Positions 60,359 through 64,000 of a stretch of DNA of 64,000 nucleotides are shown one piece after another. The stretch lies in the NCBI RefSeq assembly GCF_046119375.1, contig NW_027362764.1, forward strand, positions 166,904,001 to 166,968,000, written 5' to 3'. The translations under genes and the position numbers were made by a program. The notes under the pieces are model-generated. The model had not been told where the DNA came from. It did not search any database and saw only the letters and a program-made list of their open reading frames with translations. Numbering within the stretch: the stretch's first letter is position 1; each line of letters opens with the position of its first letter. Origin of the DNA: Phyllobates terribilis. Taxonomy: Eukaryota.

Positions 60359-62176
60359 TTAAAAACGTGGTTCTGTGTGGAAGATTTTAAAGCAGTCAGT
60401 GACGCATAAGGCTGGCAATGATGGGCATTGTGGGCAATAGTAGCGGGTATCACGCCTCATTCCTCTCTTAGTACATACCCGACATCTTTTCTGGGGGTTC
60501 CTTCTTGTTTCCGTTGCTGGAATAAGTGCAATAAAATGTCGCTCAGTGAGTCTTTTCACATCCTCAGATTCTAATGGATGAGCGGGGCTAACACTTTGAA
60601 AGACAAGATTTTCAATTACCTTTTCTTGATAATCAAGAAAAGGATCTGAATTTCCTGCTTTTTTGTACAACACAAAAGAATTGTATGTGGCCACCTGAAA
60701 CAAATAAATAACCAACTTTTTATACCAGGTATAGGACTTTCTTGATACCTGGTATGGCTGTAGCACCTGGTCTGCAAGGTCCACACCCCCCATGTGTTTG
60801 TTGTAGTCAATGACTGACACAGGTTTTTGCTTCGGAGTGGTGGATCCTAGTTCTACAGTGGCCCTTGTGGCATCTGTGTGGATCGAGCTGAGGACAAAAA
60901 TATCCCTCTTATCCCTATATTTCAGGGCAAGCAGCTCTCCGTTGCGTACAGCCCCTGACTGCCCCTTTTGAAACTTTTGGTTGACCAATGGTTGTGGAAA
61001 CCCCTGACGGTTTTTACGGATGGTCCCACAAGCCCCGATGTTGTGTTCAACCAGACTTTTAAATAGGGGTATGCTGGTGTAATAATTGTCCACATATAGA
61101 TTGTAGCCTTTTTGAAAAAATGGACTTATCAGCTCCCAAACAATTTTTCCAGATGTCCCCAGATAAGTAGGGCATCCTGGTGGGTTTAGTTGGCTATCTT
61201 TCCCCTCATATATGCGAAAAGCGGATGTGTATCCGGTTGAACTTTCGCACATTTTATAGAGCTTTATTCCAAACCTTGCCCTTTTAGATGGGATAAATTG
61301 CTTGAGGTGCAGTCTTCCTTTGAATTTTACACGGGACTCGTCTATAGAAATATTTTGTGTTGGGGTGTAGAGGCTTAAGAATTTTTCTGACAAATTTTCA
61401 ATGATGGGTCTAATTTTATATAACCTGTCATGTTCTGGGGCATTTCTGGGCAGGCATTGACTATTGTCGTTAAAATGCCAAAACCGCATGAGCATTTCAT
61501 AACGGGTCCTAGGCAGAATGACTGAAAACATAGGGGTGGCTTGAACAGGGTGGTTGGACCAGTAGGATCGAATGCTCGGTTTTTTAACAAGCCCCATGGC
61601 AAATGTAAGTCCTAAAAATTTTTTTATTTCCGGGACATTAGTTGGTGTCCATAAATTTGCCCTAGCATAGTAAGATCGGGGATTCTGGCTTATGAATTGG
61701 GACGCGTATAAATTTGTTTGCACGACAATATGCTCTAGCAAGCTGTCTGTAAAAAACAAATTAAAAAAATGAACTGGTCCAAAATCTTCCACCTCCACAT
61801 TTATACCAGGAATGGCGTTGAAATCAGGGCTGAATGGAGCAGCCGAATCTGAAGCCTCCCATCTGGGAAATGCTATATCACGTGGCAACGCCCCTTGTAC
61901 ACTGGCGTGCGCCAATTCACTAGTAGCAGGGACAGCGCTTGTACTGGGCAGTGTTCCCTGATTTGGAGACGTTTCTCCAGTAGCGCTATTTGCCCCTATT
62001 GCTCTACTGGTCCTTGGGCTTGAGGATGGAACAGAATCACTGCTCATTTCTGGGCTCTCAGTGTCGCCGCTACTAAAGCCCTCAAAATCCATATCTCCAT
62101 CTGAGATTGCGCTGTCATCAGTGTCAGAACACAGCAGGGCATACACCTCCTCTGCGGTATAAGTCTGACGGGCCAT
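60359..62176 (-). CDS. piggyBac transposase (PGBD4-like), 605 aa, uninterrupted
   Basis: Catalytic motifs SIDES, YVDNYYTS and GGVDLADQ. C-terminal Cys/His-rich domain CRVC...YCPQCPSLPALCVTDCFKIFH. Start context aaaATGg. Confidence 0.93.
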   Translation of the reverse strand: MARQTYTAEEVYALLCSDTDDSAISDGDMDFEGFSSGDTESPEMSSDSVPSSSPRTSRAIGANSATGETSPNQGTLPSTSAVPATSELAHASVQGALPRDIAFPRWEASDSAAPFSPDFNAIPGINVEVEDFGPVHFFNLFFTDSLLEHIVVQTNLYASQFISQNPRSYYARANLWTPTNVPEIKKFLGLTFAMGLVKKPSIRSYWSNHPVQATPMFSVILPRTRYEMLMRFWHFNDNSQCLPRNAPEHDRLYKIRPIIENLSEKFLSLYTPTQNISIDESRVKFKGRLHLKQFIPSKRARFGIKLYKMCESSTGYTSAFRIYEGKDSQLNPPGCPTYLGTSGKIVWELISPFFQKGYNLYVDNYYTSIPLFKSLVEHNIGACGTIRKNRQGFPQPLVNQKFQKGQSGAVRNGELLALKYRDKRDIFVLSSIHTDATRATVELGSTTPKQKPVSVIDYNKHMGGVDLADQVLQPYQVSRKSYTWYKKLVIYLFQVATYNSFVLYKKAGNSDPFLDYQEKVIENLVFQSVSPAHPLESEDVKRLTERHFIALIPATETRRNPQKRCRVCTKRGMRRDTRYYCPQCPSLPALCVTDCFKIFHTEPRF

Positions 62177-62194
62177 TTTATTTTTATATTTTTT

Positions 62195-62790
62195 GACTGG
62201 ACTGAACGGACCGGACTGAAAGGACGGGACCGGACTGGACTGACCGGACTGATCTGACAGGACTGACTGACTGATGTGACAGGACTGACTGACTGATCTG
62301 ACAGGACTGACTTACTGACAGATCTGACAGGACTGACTGACTGACAGATCTGACTGACTGACAGATCTGACAGGACTGACTGACTGACAGATCTGACAGG
62401 ACTGACAGATCTGACAGGACTGACTGACTGACAGATCTGACAGGACTGACTGACTGACAGATCTGACAGGACTGACTGACTGACAGATCTGACAGGACTG
62501 ACTGACTGACAGATCTGACAGGACTGACTGACAGATCTGACAGGACTGACTGACTGACAGATCTGACAGGACTGACTGACTGACAGATCTGACAGGACTG
62601 ACAGGACTGACTGACAGATCTGACAGGACTGACTGACAGGACTGACTGACTGACAGATCTGACAGGACTGACAGATCTGACTGACAGATCTGACAGAACT
62701 GACAGATCTGACTGGACTGATCTGACAGGACTGACTGACTGACAGATCTGACTGGACTGATCTGACAGGACTGACTGATCTGACAGACTC
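62195..62790. repeat. Compound short-unit array (ACTG)n/ACAGATCTGACAGG just 5' of the transposase start
   Basis: About 600 bp of permuted actg, gacagatct and gacagg blocks. Confidence 0.9.
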
Positions 62791-63367
62791 ACTAACCCTA
62801 ACTCTTACTTTCTTTTTTATTTTATTTTTTTTACTTTCACAGTGGCAAGGCTGACAGCTCTTGTCACACTGTTTCTCCTCTGCTCTCTCACTGAGATCGG
62901 AGGAGAAACTGCATTTATCAGGCAGATCGCCCGGGAAAGTTTGTTGCTAAAACAAACTTCCCTGGTGATCTCTCTGATTGGCTGGTGTGACGCTGATATC
63001 ATCGAGACCTGAGCCAATCAGGTCTCGATGATGTCAGAGGTCACAGCACCGGGATCCCCGCCGCTGACAGGTATGTGGGGGGTCCCGATCGCCGACCACC
63101 GGCTGTCCCTATCTTTTAAATGCCGCGATCGCTATGGATCGCGGCATCTAGAAGATAGGAACAGGTTAACATCATGGGGACCTGATCCAATCAGGTCCCC
63201 ATGATGCCACATGTCAGAGCTATCGCTCTGAACCGGTACCGCAGCGCTAGCAGGACCCTGGGGGTCCTGAGCGCTGCGGGACCACCCACCGTTTTTAAAC
63301 GTCGGCGCTGCACAGAGCCCAGGCAGCGCCGACGTTTATGTACAGTGGGCGGTCCTGAACCGGTTAA

Positions 63368-63772
63368 AGAAAAACTGTCACCAAGAAAATGCAATGTGAT
63401 CTGTGGGCACCATGTTATAGAGAAGGAGGAGGTGAGCAGAATAATATGTGATTTTGTGAGAAAAGATTCAGTATAACCTGTGATTTATTCATTTATACCT
63501 CTGCTCTTTCTGGGATTTCCGGTCCTGTGGACGGTCCTATCAGTAACTGACAGTTATTTATGTATGCACACATATATAAAGACAGCTGTCAGTTATTGAT
63601 AGCCCCACCCACTGGACAAAAACCCCCCTAAAAGAGCAGAGGATTAAATGATGAAAATATAGATTATACCTAGTCTTTTCTCACAACACTATACATCAAT
63701 CTACTGGGCTCCCCATGCTTTATAACATGATTCCTGCAGATTATACTTCATTTTCATGGTGACAGGTTTCCT
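63368..63772. mobile_element. T2-type MITE sharing its left TTAA with the piggyBac end
   Basis: TIRs AGAAAAACTGTCACC / GGTGACAGGTTTCCT (13/15). TTAA at 63364 and 63773. Confidence 0.8.
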
Positions 63773-63839
63773 TTAAATTTAAACCAACAACACTCAATTT
63801 CAGTCTAAGGGGGTCAGATCGGGAGACCTTGGTGGCCAT

Positions 63840-64000
63840 GAAATTGCTACATGATGATGTGTTGCCCTCTTTATGCACTGAAGATGTTACGTTCCCTGAG
63901 TTTTTTCCAACAGGATGGTGCACCACCACATTATGGGTGTCAGCATTCCTACATGAACAGTTTCCTGGAAAGTGGATTGGTCGTCGTGGGCCAGTTGAAT
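63840..64000 (+). mobile_element. Tc1/mariner transposase fragment running off the window
   Basis: Reads FQQDGAPPHY and FLHEQFPGKWIGRRGPVE, with a frameshift between them. Confidence 0.8.

Larger units (their letters stand above)
58285..63363 (-). mobile_element. piggyBac-family DNA transposon, about 5.08 kb
   Basis: TTAA at 58281-58284 and 63364-63367. Imperfect ends CCACTTC / CCGGTTC. Contains the transposase ORF, internal tandem arrays and a subterminal palindrome. Confidence 0.85.

Noticed and set aside
62184-62792. 202-aa S/V/Q/L-rich ORF upstream of the transposase
   Set aside because: Translation of the compound ACTG array. It is not joined to the transposase frame.
39100-64000. Evx1 or any further homeobox gene
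   Set aside because: I found no additional homeodomain or WFQN-type motif. Evx1 presumably lies beyond the window.

Overview
This is the posterior (5') end of a vertebrate HoxA cluster, with all genes on the minus strand: HoxA9 (1824-4030), mir-196b (7905-7987), HoxA10 (9598-11548), HoxA11 (18893-21409) and HoxA13 (30823-32686). All four Hox genes are intact two-exon genes; I checked their splice junctions (all phase 1) and reading frames by hand. The host is most likely an anuran amphibian. This is an inference from the TTAA-flanked T2-type MITEs, hAT MITEs, a V-SINE-like element, abundant AGAT microsatellites and the lack of amniote poly-Ala tracts. The main result is a decayed three-exon Abd-B-class homeobox gene 3-6 kb upstream of HoxA13, same strand (about 35668-38420). 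It has Hox14-type homeodomain residues and the homeobox split at codon 44/45, so it is a probable HoxA14 pseudogene, a gene generally regarded as lost in tetrapods. Other notable items: three Penelope-type minimal hammerhead ribozyme motifs; a HoxA9 internal-intron configuration predicted to be in frame rather than truncating; a 1.3 kb 17-bp minisatellite abutting the HoxA11 promoter; divergent CTCF motifs flanking HoxA11; and a 5.1 kb piggyBac with an uninterrupted 605-aa transposase ORF. Recognisable transposons are essentially absent inside the cluster and dense beyond about 48.6 kb. Evx1 is not reached. Limits: no searches were run, comparisons with other species are from memory and need confirming, and 13 N-runs hide sequence, including part of the HoxA10 promoter (11673-11801) and the intron next to pseudogene exon 2 (36294-36422).
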